Assembly (NCBI GenBank): GCA_029945445.1
Contig: JAQSCO010000014.1
Coordinates: 161,755 to 225,754 of the forward strand
Source of the DNA: Lacunisphaera sp.
GTDB lineage: Bacteria > Verrucomicrobiota > Verrucomicrobiia > Opitutales > Opitutaceae
DNA: 64,000 nt
Direction of reading: 5' to 3'
Shown here piece by piece: positions 50,006-58,623 of the stretch. Position 1 is the stretch's first letter, and each line of letters begins with the position of its first letter. The notes under the pieces were generated by a model. It saw nothing but the letters and a program-made list of their open reading frames with translations, was not told the origin of the DNA and did no database searches. A program made the position numbers and the translations under genes.

Positions 50006-51196
50006 TCAGTGCAGCAGTTCCGCGGACGAGAGTTCGAACGTGATGACCTTGAGCGGCCACCGCGGCTCCTCCACCGCGTTCAGGCGTCCGTAAAGTGACA
50101 CGGTTGCTCCCTTGGCCAATCGCGCGGCCAGATCCTTGTCGTTGCGGGCCGCGGGCGAGAGTTCCGCCATGATGCGATACCGGGACAAGTCGCCGGCCTG
50201 CTCGGCAAATTCGACGCGCCCCTTCTCCGGATCGTAGGCCTTGATCGTCGCGGAATAGCGGTAGGTCTTCCGCAGCCAGTTTTCGTAAAGCCGCTTCCGA
50301 TTCAGATTTTTGACGACGCCGTTCTTCGGTTCGTAGCGACCCACCGAGTCAACGCGGGGCGCGAGCTGGTTCGGGTCGTCCGGCACCCAGACGGCCTGCA
50401 GCAGGGCCGAAGGATCGAGTTCCGGGAAACCGGCCCCCAACTCCCGGCTGACCTTCACGTCGCCGCGGTCGTCCACCGGGACGGAAACTTCCAGCGGGGG
50501 AAAATCCTTGGCCTGCAGCGTGAGCTTGGTGAGCCCGGCCGGAAGGGGATCGAAGAACAGCGGGGTCTTGCTGTAGGCCTTGCCGCCCAGCAGGACCGTC
50601 GCACCCGCCGGGATGGTTTCCACCGTCAGTTTCCCGTGGGGCAGGCGCACCGTCTCGGTGGCTTCCCCGTTCTCCGTGATGCTGATCTTCACGGGCAGAG
50701 CCGGCCAGGAAGGGTAGGCGAGGGAGAGCGAGCATTCGCCCACGGGCAGCTGGGGAATCACCAGCGGCGTCTTGCCGAGGACAGCCCCGGCGAGCGACAC
50801 CGCGGCGCCCGTGGGGTCGGAGTCCAGGCGCAGCGAGCCGCTTTTGAAATTGATCACGGCCTCGGTCTGGGCCCCGGCGGTCACGTTCGCCTCGCCATGT
50901 GCGTCCGGCCAGCCCTCGGCATGAAGCGTGACGGCGTATTTGCCCGGCGGCAGACCGGACAAGACCTGATCGGTGGTGCCCTTGATGCCGGCGGACGGGC
51001 TGTGCGTCGCTTCCACCGTCGCGCCGGCGCGGTTGGATTTCACGAGCAGACGACCGGTGGTCTCGGCCTCGTGCTTGGCCGCGGCAACCTTCACCTCCTC
51101 GGGCGATTTGCCGCAACCGGCCAGGCTGACGACGAGCAGAACCGCGGCAGCTAAAGTTGCGGGACCTGACCGGGTGGCGTATTTCTGGAAGTCCAT
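50006..51196 (-). CDS. PEGA-domain lipoprotein
   Basis: Start ATG 51196; lipobox SLAGC; repeated GSLRLDSDPTGA..LGKTPL and GKLTVETIPAGA..SKTPL units. Confidence 0.8.
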   Translation of the reverse strand: MDFQKYATRSGPATLAAAVLLVVSLAGCGKSPEEVKVAAAKHEAETTGRLLVKSNRAGATVEATHSPSAGIKGTTDQVLSGLPPGKYAVTLHAEGWPDAHGEANVTAGAQTEAVINFKSGSLRLDSDPTGAAVSLAGAVLGKTPLVIPQLPVGECSLSLAYPSWPALPVKISITENGEATETVRLPHGKLTVETIPAGATVLLGGKAYSKTPLFFDPLPAGLTKLTLQAKDFPPLEVSVPVDDRGDVKVSRELGAGFPELDPSALLQAVWVPDDPNQLAPRVDSVGRYEPKNGVVKNLNRKRLYENWLRKTYRYSATIKAYDPEKGRVEFAEQAGDLSRYRIMAELSPAARNDKDLAARLAKGATVSLYGRLNAVEEPRWPLKVITFELSSAELLH

Positions 51197-51319
51197 GAGA
51201 GGTTGGCCCGGCCACCTGTCTAGTTCAGCCCGCTGTCGGGGCAACGGGTATTTTCGTCAAAACTGTCTCAAACCCGAGTCTCACGTGAAGGAGCGAAGAC
51301 GCGAAGTTGGACAAAAAAG

Positions 51320-51371
51320 GTAGGGGCGCTTGCCCTCAAGCGCCCGGGCCGTTGAGGGCAATGGACCCTAC
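51320..51371. repeat. Abutting GTAG-type REP doublet
   Basis: GTAGGGGCGCTTGCCCTCAAGCGCCC (51320-51345) and inverted GTAGGGTCCATTGCCCTCAACGGCCC (51346-51371). An adjacent A-run makes the left hairpin a plausible minus-strand terminator. Confidence 0.82.
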
Positions 51372-51385
51372 CCATTCCGCGTGGC

Positions 51386-51847
51386 TCAGACCGAATCCCA
51401 CGCGCGCGTGGCGACGGGGTCGCGACTTTCGTCGTATTCGATGTGGTCGACGATGGTCTCGATGGGCTTGCCGCTCAGGCCGCTGTCGAGGATGCGCTGG
51501 GGCAGGACGGCGGAGCGCTCGTCGCGCCAGCCGAGTTTCAAGATGAAGCGGTTCCACATGTGGCATTCCTCGTCCGGGCGCGGCGTGCCGCGGGCGTGGC
51601 CCCACGCGAGGATCTCCTCGTCGGTGCCGCCGGCCAGGGTGCGCTCCCGCAGGTCGGCGTAGCGGACGCCGAGGAAGCGGCAGCAGCGGCCGTCGAGGGT
51701 GAGGTTTTTCTCGTCACCCAGGTTGGCCACGTATTCGACGGGCAATTGTCCGGCAGCATGCAGCTGGAGCTTGTCGAGCATGCGGCCGAAGTAAACGAGC
51801 CGGCCGACCTTCGCATAACAACTCCGTAAACCGGGAACGTGAGGCAT
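51386..51847 (-). CDS. DUF5069 domain protein
   Basis: LRS.Y.KVG.LVYFGRMLDK, LDGRCCRFLGV.Y, DEEILAW. Confidence 0.8.
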   Translation of the reverse strand: MPHVPGLRSCYAKVGRLVYFGRMLDKLQLHAAGQLPVEYVANLGDEKNLTLDGRCCRFLGVRYADLRERTLAGGTDEEILAWGHARGTPRPDEECHMWNRFILKLGWRDERSAVLPQRILDSGLSGKPIETIVDHIEYDESRDPVATRAWDSV

Positions 51848-51913
51848 GGTCAGTAAGTTTGCCCGATCATCACGTGACGCCAGACGAAAGCCGGTGTGAT
51901 GGCCGAAGAAGAC

Positions 51914-51943
51914 GAGACCTGAAAGCTGAGACTTGAAGCTGAG
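51914..51943. repeat. Solo heptamer-periodic CTGAG arm
   Basis: GAGACCTGAAAGCTGAGACTTGAAGCTGAG; first 18 nt match 27904-27921 inside gspE at 17/18. Confidence 0.6.
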
Positions 51944-51958
51944 CAGGGCATCGAGGGA

Positions 51959-52060
51959 GCGGCCAATGTTCGTAATACGAACATTCTACTCCCGGCATCG
52001 GGCCGTCAGCCAAGGCGCTGCGCGTCGAAAGGCGGCCAATGTTCGTATTACGAACATTGG
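51959..52060. repeat. Two 27-bp palindromic repeats (TAWTA-centred)
   Basis: GCGGCCAATGTTCGTA[A/T]TACGAACATT at 51959-51985 and 52032-52058, 26/27 identical, 46-bp spacer. Confidence 0.92.
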
Positions 52061-52073
52061 CTCCAAGCACCGC

Positions 52074-52469
52074 TCACCGACGATACTGTTCGTCGCTGAC
52101 TTTCTCCAGCCAGTCGACGGCCTTGCCGGCGAGGGCTTCCTGGATGGCGAGGTGCGTAATGGCCGTGGTGGGCGCGGCGCCGTGCCAGTGCTTCTCGCCC
52201 GGCGGGAACCAGACCACGTCGCCCGGCCGGATTTCCTCGACCGGGCCGCCTTCGCGCTGCGCGCGACCGCAGCCGGCGGTCACGATCAGCGTCTGGCCCA
52301 GCGGGTGAGTGTGCCACGCGGTCCGGGCGCCGGGTTCAAACGTGACGCTCGCTCCGACCACGCGGGCCGGGGCGCCGGACTGAAACAGCGGCTCGATCCG
52401 CACCTCACCCGTGAACCAGTCGGCGAGACCTTTGTTGGAAGGGATTGAACCGGCGCGTTTGATTTCCAT
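52074..52469 (-). CDS. Cupin, close to the Mn-dependent hydroxynitrile lyase GtHNL type
   Basis: 131 aa; [46 protein letters not shown]. Confidence 0.88.
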   Translation of the reverse strand: MEIKRAGSIPSNKGLADWFTGEVRIEPLFQSGAPARVVGASVTFEPGARTAWHTHPLGQTLIVTAGCGRAQREGGPVEEIRPGDVVWFPPGEKHWHGAAPTTAITHLAIQEALAGKAVDWLEKVSDEQYRR

Positions 52470-52480
52470 GGGGAGCGCCG

Positions 52481-53056
52481 TTGGGCGCGGTTATTTGTTT
52501 CAGCTGGTATGGCCCCCGGTTTGGGAAGGGCGAATACGTCGAAAATGGTATCCCCACAATCCGGACAACCGACATGAGTAGCGGGACACTTAACCTGTTG
52601 CCTGATGTGCCTCGGGTTAAGGTCACCGACCCAAAGAAAATACGGCTCTACGAATTGCTCGATAACGATCTGCTCATTACTCGGACTGGCTCAATCGGCG
52701 TGATGGCCTTGTTCCCCGGCGGATACCAAGCGTTTCCTTCTGCATACCTAATCCGTTGTCGATTGATGGACCGACGCCTTGGCACTTATGTTTTTATGCT
52801 CCTCCAGTCGCCCTTCGGGCAGGCTCACCTTGGGCTAAACACCAAGACTGGAAACAGGCCCAACATCAATTCAGGGGGCATTGTTTCGGCGCTTGTCCCC
52901 CTCCCTCCGCTTGCTGAGCAAGCCGCAATCGTCGCGCGAGTGGAGGCGCTGATGACGACCTGCCTTACGCTGGAAGCGGAGGTCGATAACTCCCGCACCC
53001 ACGCCGCCCACCTCCTACAGGCCGTGCTCAAAGAGGCCTTCTCGCCCGCGGCGTGA
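52481..53056 (+). pseudogene. hsdS: Orphan 3' half of a type I restriction-modification specificity subunit
   Basis: One TRD (IPTIRTTDM, DLLITRTGSIG, YLIR, NIN) plus conserved VPLPPLAEQAAIVARVEAL and AVLKEAF; no plausible RBS or 5' half; lower GC; no hsdM/hsdR in window. Confidence 0.82.
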
Positions 53057-53069
53057 TGTAGGCGTGTAT

Positions 53070-53098
53070 AAAAAGACCCGGCCTTGAAGGGCCGGGTC
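53070..53098 (-). terminator. Intrinsic terminator downstream of the Rne/Rng gene
   Basis: GACCCGGCC (53075-53083) / GGCCGGGTC (53090-53098) stem next to A5 (U5 on the minus strand). Confidence 0.75.
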
Positions 53099-53150
53099 GC
53101 GAAAACAGAATTAACCCCTCGGACTAGCGGGCTGTAATAGCTCGAATCCG

Positions 53151-53228
53151 GAATTCGTGTCAGCTTGTCATTGAATTCATGTCACCAACACGGAATTCGT
53201 GTCACCAACACGGATTTAATGTAACCAT
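53151..53228. repeat. 20-bp tandem repeat GAATTCRTGTCACCAACACG
   Basis: Copies at 53173-53192 and 53193-53212, a partial copy at 53151-53162 and a degenerate copy from 53213. Confidence 0.85.
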
Positions 53229-53235
53229 ACAAAAA

Positions 53236-54981
53236 TTAGCGGTATTCCTCGTTCGTGTTCGCGTTGATGATCTTGAAGTTTTCGACGTGGTAGTTCGGGT
53301 CGGCGCGGAAGGCCAACTTCACGCCGAAGGTTTTCTCCACGCGCACGAGCAGTTCCGAATCCTCGGAGCGCAGGCGCTCGAGGATCGAGGGGTGCACGTG
53401 GATGCGGAGCGAATACTCCTTGCCGTCCTTCCGCGCCTGGAGGCGGCGGGCGACGGAGGAGAGCTTGCGCTGGAGTTCGACCGACATCGTCGTCGCGGAT
53501 TTCACCATCGCGCGGCCGCGGCAATACGGGCAGCTGGTGTAGAGGTTGGCCGAGAGCGACTCCTGCTGGCGCTGGCGCGTCATCTGCATGATGCCGAGCG
53601 ACGAGATGGGCAGGATGTGCGTCTTGGCCTTGTCCTCCGACATGAGCTCGACCATGCGGTCGTAGACGGAGTTCCGGTGGCGGCGCTCCTTCATGTCGAT
53701 GAAGTCCATGATCACGAGGCCGCCGATGTTGCGCAGGCGGATCTGGCGCGAGATCTCGGTGGCGGCCTCCATGTTGACCTGGAAGATGGTGTTCTTCTCG
53801 TCGCCGGAGCGGCTCTTGTGGGAGCCGGTGTTGACGTCGATGGAGATGAGGGCCTCCGTCTCGTCGATCACGATCTCGCCGCCGGAGGGCAGCGGGACGC
53901 GGCGCTGGAAGGTCTGCTCGATCTGGCGCTCGATGTTGTAGCGCTCGAAGACCGGGATGGAGTCCTTGTAGTAGACGATCTTGCCGCGGGAGCGGTTGGA
54001 GATCTGGCCGACGTAGTCCTGGGTGCGCTTGTAGTCGTCCTCGTTGTCGACGAGCACGCGGTCGATGTCCTCGGTGAGGAAGTCGCGCACGGTGCGCTCG
54101 ACAATGTCGGGCTCCTGGTAGAGGCAGGCGGGGGCGCGGTCGTGCTCCATCTTGCGCATGATCTCGGTCCACTTGGCGAGGAGGAGATGGAGATCGCGGA
54201 CGAAGTAACGCGGCTTCTTGCCCTCGCCGGCGGTGCGGACGATGACGCCCATGCCCTCGGGGATGGTGAGCTCGTTGATGAGGGTCTTGAGGCGCTTGCG
54301 CTCCTGCGGGTCCTCGATCTTGCGGGAGATGCCGCAGCCGTCGGAGAACGGCGTGAGGATGAGGTAGCGGCCGGGGAGGGAGAGGTTCGTCGTGGTGCGC
54401 GGGCCCTTGGTGCCGATGGGGCCCTTGGTGACCTGGATGACGATCTCGCTGCCGGGCGGGTAGAGGCCGGGGATGTCCTTGACGGTCGGCTGCGCGGTGC
54501 GCGGGCCGGCGTCCTTCTTCTTGTTGACGCGCACGACCTCGACGGAGGAGTCGGTGGCGGCCGGGAGCATGTCCCAGTAGTGGAGGAAGGCGTTCTTGTT
54601 ATAGCCGATGTCGACGAAGGCGGCCTTGAGGCCGGGGTCGAGGTTCTTGATGCGGCCCTTGTAGATGCCGCCGACCATGCGGCTGTCGGACTCGCGCTCG
54701 ATCTCGAAGCGGTCGAGGGTGCCGTCGACGAGGAGCGCGACGCGCTTCTCGAGCGGTTCCGAATTGATGACGAGTTCGCGGAAGGAGCCTTTCTCCTTGC
54801 GGAAGATGCTCAGGATTTTCTGGAGGATGGGCCGGTCGGCGGATCGTTCCTTGGATTCCTTGCGCAGTTGGTCGGCTGTGAGGGGCTCGGTGTGCTTCTG
54901 GGGCGGGGGCTGCTGAAGTTCCTCTTCATGGCGTGAGGCGGCGTCCGGGGGGACGCCAGCGTTGGAGGGTTGATCGTTCAT
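53236..54981 (-). CDS. rng: Rne/Rng family ribonuclease (RNase G-like length)
   Basis: S1 domain [35 protein letters not shown]; no long disordered C-terminal tail. Confidence 0.92.
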   Translation of the reverse strand: MNDQPSNAGVPPDAASRHEEELQQPPPQKHTEPLTADQLRKESKERSADRPILQKILSIFRKEKGSFRELVINSEPLEKRVALLVDGTLDRFEIERESDSRMVGGIYKGRIKNLDPGLKAAFVDIGYNKNAFLHYWDMLPAATDSSVEVVRVNKKKDAGPRTAQPTVKDIPGLYPPGSEIVIQVTKGPIGTKGPRTTTNLSLPGRYLILTPFSDGCGISRKIEDPQERKRLKTLINELTIPEGMGVIVRTAGEGKKPRYFVRDLHLLLAKWTEIMRKMEHDRAPACLYQEPDIVERTVRDFLTEDIDRVLVDNEDDYKRTQDYVGQISNRSRGKIVYYKDSIPVFERYNIERQIEQTFQRRVPLPSGGEIVIDETEALISIDVNTGSHKSRSGDEKNTIFQVNMEAATEISRQIRLRNIGGLVIMDFIDMKERRHRNSVYDRMVELMSEDKAKTHILPISSLGIMQMTRQRQQESLSANLYTSCPYCRGRAMVKSATTMSVELQRKLSSVARRLQARKDGKEYSLRIHVHPSILERLRSEDSELLVRVEKTFGVKLAFRADPNYHVENFKIINANTNEEYR

Positions 54982-55088
54982 GGTGGGGTGTGTCCCGTTT
55001 GGTGGTTGTGACGGGGCAACCGTGCGCAGCGGGCTGTGTGCAGGAAATTCCGGCAGAGCGGTCCATATCGTGTGGCAGGAGACCCATG

Positions 55089-56321
55089 TTAGAAGTCCCT
55101 CCGAAACCGATAGACGCTTTGGACCAGTCCTTGCAGCAAGCAGCAGCTGAGCACAAAGGTGCCGCCGTAGCTAATGAAGGGAAGCGGTATGCCTTTAACC
55201 GGCACCAGGCCGATGGTCATGGCGATGTTGACGAACACGTGCACGGTGAAAAGCACCGTGACGCCCAGCGCCAGAAGCGCGCCGAGGCGGTCGCGGGCCA
55301 TCCCGGCGATCCGTAGTCCGTTCCACAGCACCACGCCAAACAGTCCGATGACGGTAATGCTTCCCAAAAATCCTTTTTCCTCCGCGATGACGGAGAAGAT
55401 GAAGTCGTTGTGCGCGACGGCGCGCGGCAGGTAGCCAAGCTTGGCCTGCGTGCCCTCGGTCCAGCCCTTGCCGGTGAGGCCGCCCGAGCCGACCGAGATG
55501 AGCGACTGCCGGCTGTTCCAGCCGATGCCCATGGGGTCGATCTTGTCCGGCATGGCGAATGCCAGCACGCGGTTCCGCTGGTAACCCCTCAGCGGCAGCC
55601 ACGAGTGGGAGTCGTAGGCGGCACTGTCCTTGAGATGGTCCAGGTGGTTTTTCTCCATGAAGTTGGAGTAGCACCAGATGTCGATCGCCACGATGCCGAC
55701 CAGCAGGGCGAACACGCCCAAGGCCCCGGCAAAAAAACGCATTGAGAGATTGGAGACATACAGCATGGCAAAGACCATCGGGGCGATTGCAAGGGCGCTG
55801 CCAAGGTCGGGTTCGGCGATTATCAACAGCATGGGTATGCCCACCGCAAGGGCCAATTTTACGAGCACCTGGAGCGAATCCCGCACCGTCCCGAGCTTCG
55901 ATCCGGTCAGGATCGAGGCCGTCGCGAAGAGCACCGCGACCTTGGCCAACTCGGAGGGTTGGAAGGCGCCCAGGCCGGGGATGTCGAGCCAGCGCCGCGC
56001 CCCCATGCCGTGCGTCGTGCCGATGCCGGGGATCAGCACCAGCAGCAGGAACAGGATCGCCGGCAGGTAGACGAAGTGCGCGTATTTCAGCCAGAGGCGG
56101 TAGTCCAGGAGGGAGGTCGTGACATAGACCACGGCGCCGAGGCCGAGCCACACGAGCTGCTTGGTCCAGTCATGCTGGTCGATGGCGAACTGCGCGCTGT
56201 AGATAAAGAAGACGCCGAACATCGCCAGCACGAGCAGGCAGGTCGGGTTGATCCAATCGAACCGCTCGCGCGTGGTGACCTTGAAAAAACTGGCGAGATC
56301 GATGCTGCGGGTGAGCTTCAC
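55089..56321 (-). CDS. rodA: SEDS protein RodA/FtsW
   Basis: [57 protein letters not shown]. Adjacency to rng favours rodA. Confidence 0.9.
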   Translation of the reverse strand: MKLTRSIDLASFFKVTTRERFDWINPTCLLVLAMFGVFFIYSAQFAIDQHDWTKQLVWLGLGAVVYVTTSLLDYRLWLKYAHFVYLPAILFLLLVLIPGIGTTHGMGARRWLDIPGLGAFQPSELAKVAVLFATASILTGSKLGTVRDSLQVLVKLALAVGIPMLLIIAEPDLGSALAIAPMVFAMLYVSNLSMRFFAGALGVFALLVGIVAIDIWCYSNFMEKNHLDHLKDSAAYDSHSWLPLRGYQRNRVLAFAMPDKIDPMGIGWNSRQSLISVGSGGLTGKGWTEGTQAKLGYLPRAVAHNDFIFSVIAEEKGFLGSITVIGLFGVVLWNGLRIAGMARDRLGALLALGVTVLFTVHVFVNIAMTIGLVPVKGIPLPFISYGGTFVLSCCLLQGLVQSVYRFRRDF

Positions 56322-56532
56322 AAAAGGGGAGACCCGCCACTAAACACCCGCGGACCCCGCTGGCAACGGCGCAATGGGGGCGAAGGCCGGTCGCGTGGCT
56401 GCGGTTTCCAGCGGCAGGACTCACTGGCTGGAAGGCGGTGCCACTTTCCTGTGAGATTGTAAAACCATCGCGCCCGGCGGCCTTCTGTGGTGTTGCCAAG
56501 CGGGCCGCCGGAGGTAGGTTGGCCGGCCCTAG

Positions 56533-58119
56533 ATGATGACCGTCATCGCCGCCGCCGCCACCAAGCCAATCATTGCCGCCGCCACCGAGCCCTACGTCTG
56601 GGCCCTGCTGGCGGCCGGACTCGTGGGCGTGCTGGGCGGATTCGCCGCCGTCTGGTTCATCACCCGGCAGAACCGCCAACTGGCCGAGGCAAGCGCCAAG
56701 TCCCACCTCGAGCTCGCCAAGCGCGAGGCCGCCGTCGCCGCCCAGGAACTCATCAGCCAGGCCGAGGAGGAAATCCGGAGCCGCGAGGCCGAGCTGAACC
56801 GCGACCTCGACCGCCGCAAGATCGAGATCGAGCTCATGCTGCGCGAGATCCGCTCGCACGAGGAATCGCTCGCGCTGCTCGACTACCAGCTGGAACAGCG
56901 GCAGGACCGCCTCACGCGCGAGGCCGCCGCCATCACGCAGGCGCGCGACGCCATGCGGGACCTTTCGAAAAGCCTCCGCAAGCGCCTCGAGGGCGTTGCC
57001 TCGCTCGACGGCGAGGAAGTCCGCAAGCAGCTGCGCGAGGAGGTTGTGTTCGAATGCCAGGAGGAGCTGCGCATCCTGCGCAAGGAGCTGCTCGAGCGCT
57101 CGGAGCAGGACCTCGTGCAGGAGGGCAAGCGCATCCTCGTCGCCACCATGCAGCGGCTCGCGAGCAAGCCGAACAACGACCTCACCGCGACCATTGTCCA
57201 GCTGCCGAGCGAGGAAATGAAGGGCCGCATCATCGGCCGCGAGGGCCGCAACATCAAATCCTTCGAGGCCGCCACCGGCACCACGCTGCTCATCGACGAG
57301 TCGCCGCAGATGGTGCTCATCTCGTCGTTCGATCCCGTGCGCCGCGAGGTCGCCAAGCTTGCGCTCGAGGGCCTGGTCAAGGACGGTCGCATCCACCCGG
57401 CCAGCATCGAGGAGTTCGTCAACCGCGCGCGGGCCGACATGGACCTGCACGTCGCGCAGATCGGCGAGGAGGCGGTGGACCGCCTGAAGATTTCCGGCCT
57501 GCACCCCGAGGTCATCAAGCTGCTCGGCCGGCTGCGCTTCCGTTTTTCCTACACGCAGAACGTCCTCGACCACTCCATCGAGGTCGCGCAGCTCTGCTCG
57601 ATGCTCGCCTCGGAGATCGGCCTCGAGCCCAACGTCGCCAAGCGCGCCGGCCTGCTGCACGACATCGGCAAGTCCATCGAGGGCGAATACGAGGGCAGCC
57701 ACGCGATCATCGGCGCCGACTTCATCCGCCGCTACGGCGAGACCACGATCGTCGTCAACGCCGTCGCCGCGCACCACGCCGAGGTGAAGCCCGAGACCGT
57801 CTACGCGGGCCTCGTCATCCTCGCCGACGCCATCTCCGCCTCGCGCCCCGGCGCGCGGGCCGAGTCCATGACCTCCTACATCGAGCGGCTCGGCCGGCTT
57901 GAGAAACTCGCGCTGACCATGCCCGGCGTGCAGCAGGCCTTCGCCATCCAGGCCGGCCGTGAGGTGCGCGTCGTGGTGCAGCCGAGCATCGTCACCGACG
58001 AACAAGCGCATGCGCTCGCGAAGAACCTCCGCCTGAAGATCGAGCAGGAGCTCGATTACCCGAGCACCATCAAGGTCACGGTGATCCGCGAGCAGCGCTA
58101 TACGGAAACAGCCACCTGA
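56533..58119 (+). CDS. rny: Ribonuclease Y
   Basis: N-terminal TM, long coiled coil, KH domain KGRIIGREGRNI, HD domain HSIEVA...LLHDIGK, AIQAGREVRV. Confidence 0.95.
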   Translation: MMTVIAAAATKPIIAAATEPYVWALLAAGLVGVLGGFAAVWFITRQNRQLAEASAKSHLELAKREAAVAAQELISQAEEEIRSREAELNRDLDRRKIEIELMLREIRSHEESLALLDYQLEQRQDRLTREAAAITQARDAMRDLSKSLRKRLEGVASLDGEEVRKQLREEVVFECQEELRILRKELLERSEQDLVQEGKRILVATMQRLASKPNNDLTATIVQLPSEEMKGRIIGREGRNIKSFEAATGTTLLIDESPQMVLISSFDPVRREVAKLALEGLVKDGRIHPASIEEFVNRARADMDLHVAQIGEEAVDRLKISGLHPEVIKLLGRLRFRFSYTQNVLDHSIEVAQLCSMLASEIGLEPNVAKRAGLLHDIGKSIEGEYEGSHAIIGADFIRRYGETTIVVNAVAAHHAEVKPETVYAGLVILADAISASRPGARAESMTSYIERLGRLEKLALTMPGVQQAFAIQAGREVRVVVQPSIVTDEQAHALAKNLRLKIEQELDYPSTIKVTVIREQRYTETAT

Positions 58120-58121
58120 GG

Positions 58122-58198
58122 AAGTGACCAGTGATGAGTGATCAGTCATTCAACCGACATTTTCCGGTCTCGTCACTCGTCACTTATCACTTATCACT
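58122..58198. repeat. Inverted repeat with heptamer-periodic AGTGA arms
   Basis: agtgacc-agtgatg-agtgatc versus right-arm reverse complement agtgata-agtgata-agtgacg-agtgacg. Confidence 0.85.
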
Positions 58199-58204
58199 CC
58201 CCGT

Positions 58205-58564
58205 ATGGCCGATAAAAAAATTCTCGAGACCTTCCCGAATCCCGCGCCGGCGCGCGACTACGTGATCGAGCACACGCACCACGAGTTCACGTCGGTGTGC
58301 CCGATGACGGGCCACCCGGACTTCGCCGACATCACCGTCCGCTACGTGGCGGACAAGAAGTGCGTCGAGCTGAAGTCGCTGAAGCTTTACTTCCACGCCT
58401 ACCGCAACGAGGGCATCTTCTTCGAGGCGGCGACGAACCGGATCTGCGACGACCTCGGCGCGGCGCTGAAACCCCGCAGCCTCGCGATCATCGCGAAGTG
58501 GAAGGCACGCGGCGGCTTCTCGTCGGTCGTGACGGCCGAGTGGTCCGCGAAAAAGAAGCGCTGA
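58205..58564 (+). CDS. queF: PreQ0 reductase QueF (type 1)
   Basis: EFTSVCP.TG.PDF catalytic Cys, VELKSLKLY QueF motif, RGG. Confidence 0.92.
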   Translation: MADKKILETFPNPAPARDYVIEHTHHEFTSVCPMTGHPDFADITVRYVADKKCVELKSLKLYFHAYRNEGIFFEAATNRICDDLGAALKPRSLAIIAKWKARGGFSSVVTAEWSAKKKR

Positions 58565-58623
58565 CAAGACCGGCCGCAATCCCACTGTGATCGCACGCGA
58601 CCGGCTCCGCGCTGGTCCCGCCC

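Noticed and set aside
51914-51943. TPP riboswitch suggested by GCTGAGA
   Set aside because: The motif is part of a heptamer tandem repeat; other TPP elements and thiamine genes are absent.
51967-51983. Possible Verrucomicrobia LexA box
   Set aside because: The motif I recall for this phylum is TGTTC-N4-GAACA; here the spacing is N7 and the neighbours are not SOS genes.
51959-52058. Repeat-spacer-repeat resembling a minimal CRISPR array
   Set aside because: Only two units, near-perfect palindromes with a 1-nt centre, no leader and no cas genes in the window.
52481-53056. Functional type I restriction-modification system
   Set aside because: Only half of hsdS is present; hsdM and hsdR are absent from the window.
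53101-53160. tRNA or att-site remnant suggested by CTCGAATCC
   Set aside because: No cloverleaf, no GGTTCGA T-loop context, no CCA end and no second copy in the window.
56322-56532. 6S RNA or other ncRNA upstream of rny
   Set aside because: Only short local hairpins; no long rod with central bubble could be identified by eye.
58120-58204. preQ1 riboswitch upstream of queF
   Set aside because: No preQ1-type stem with A-rich tail; the gap is filled by the heptamer hairpin.
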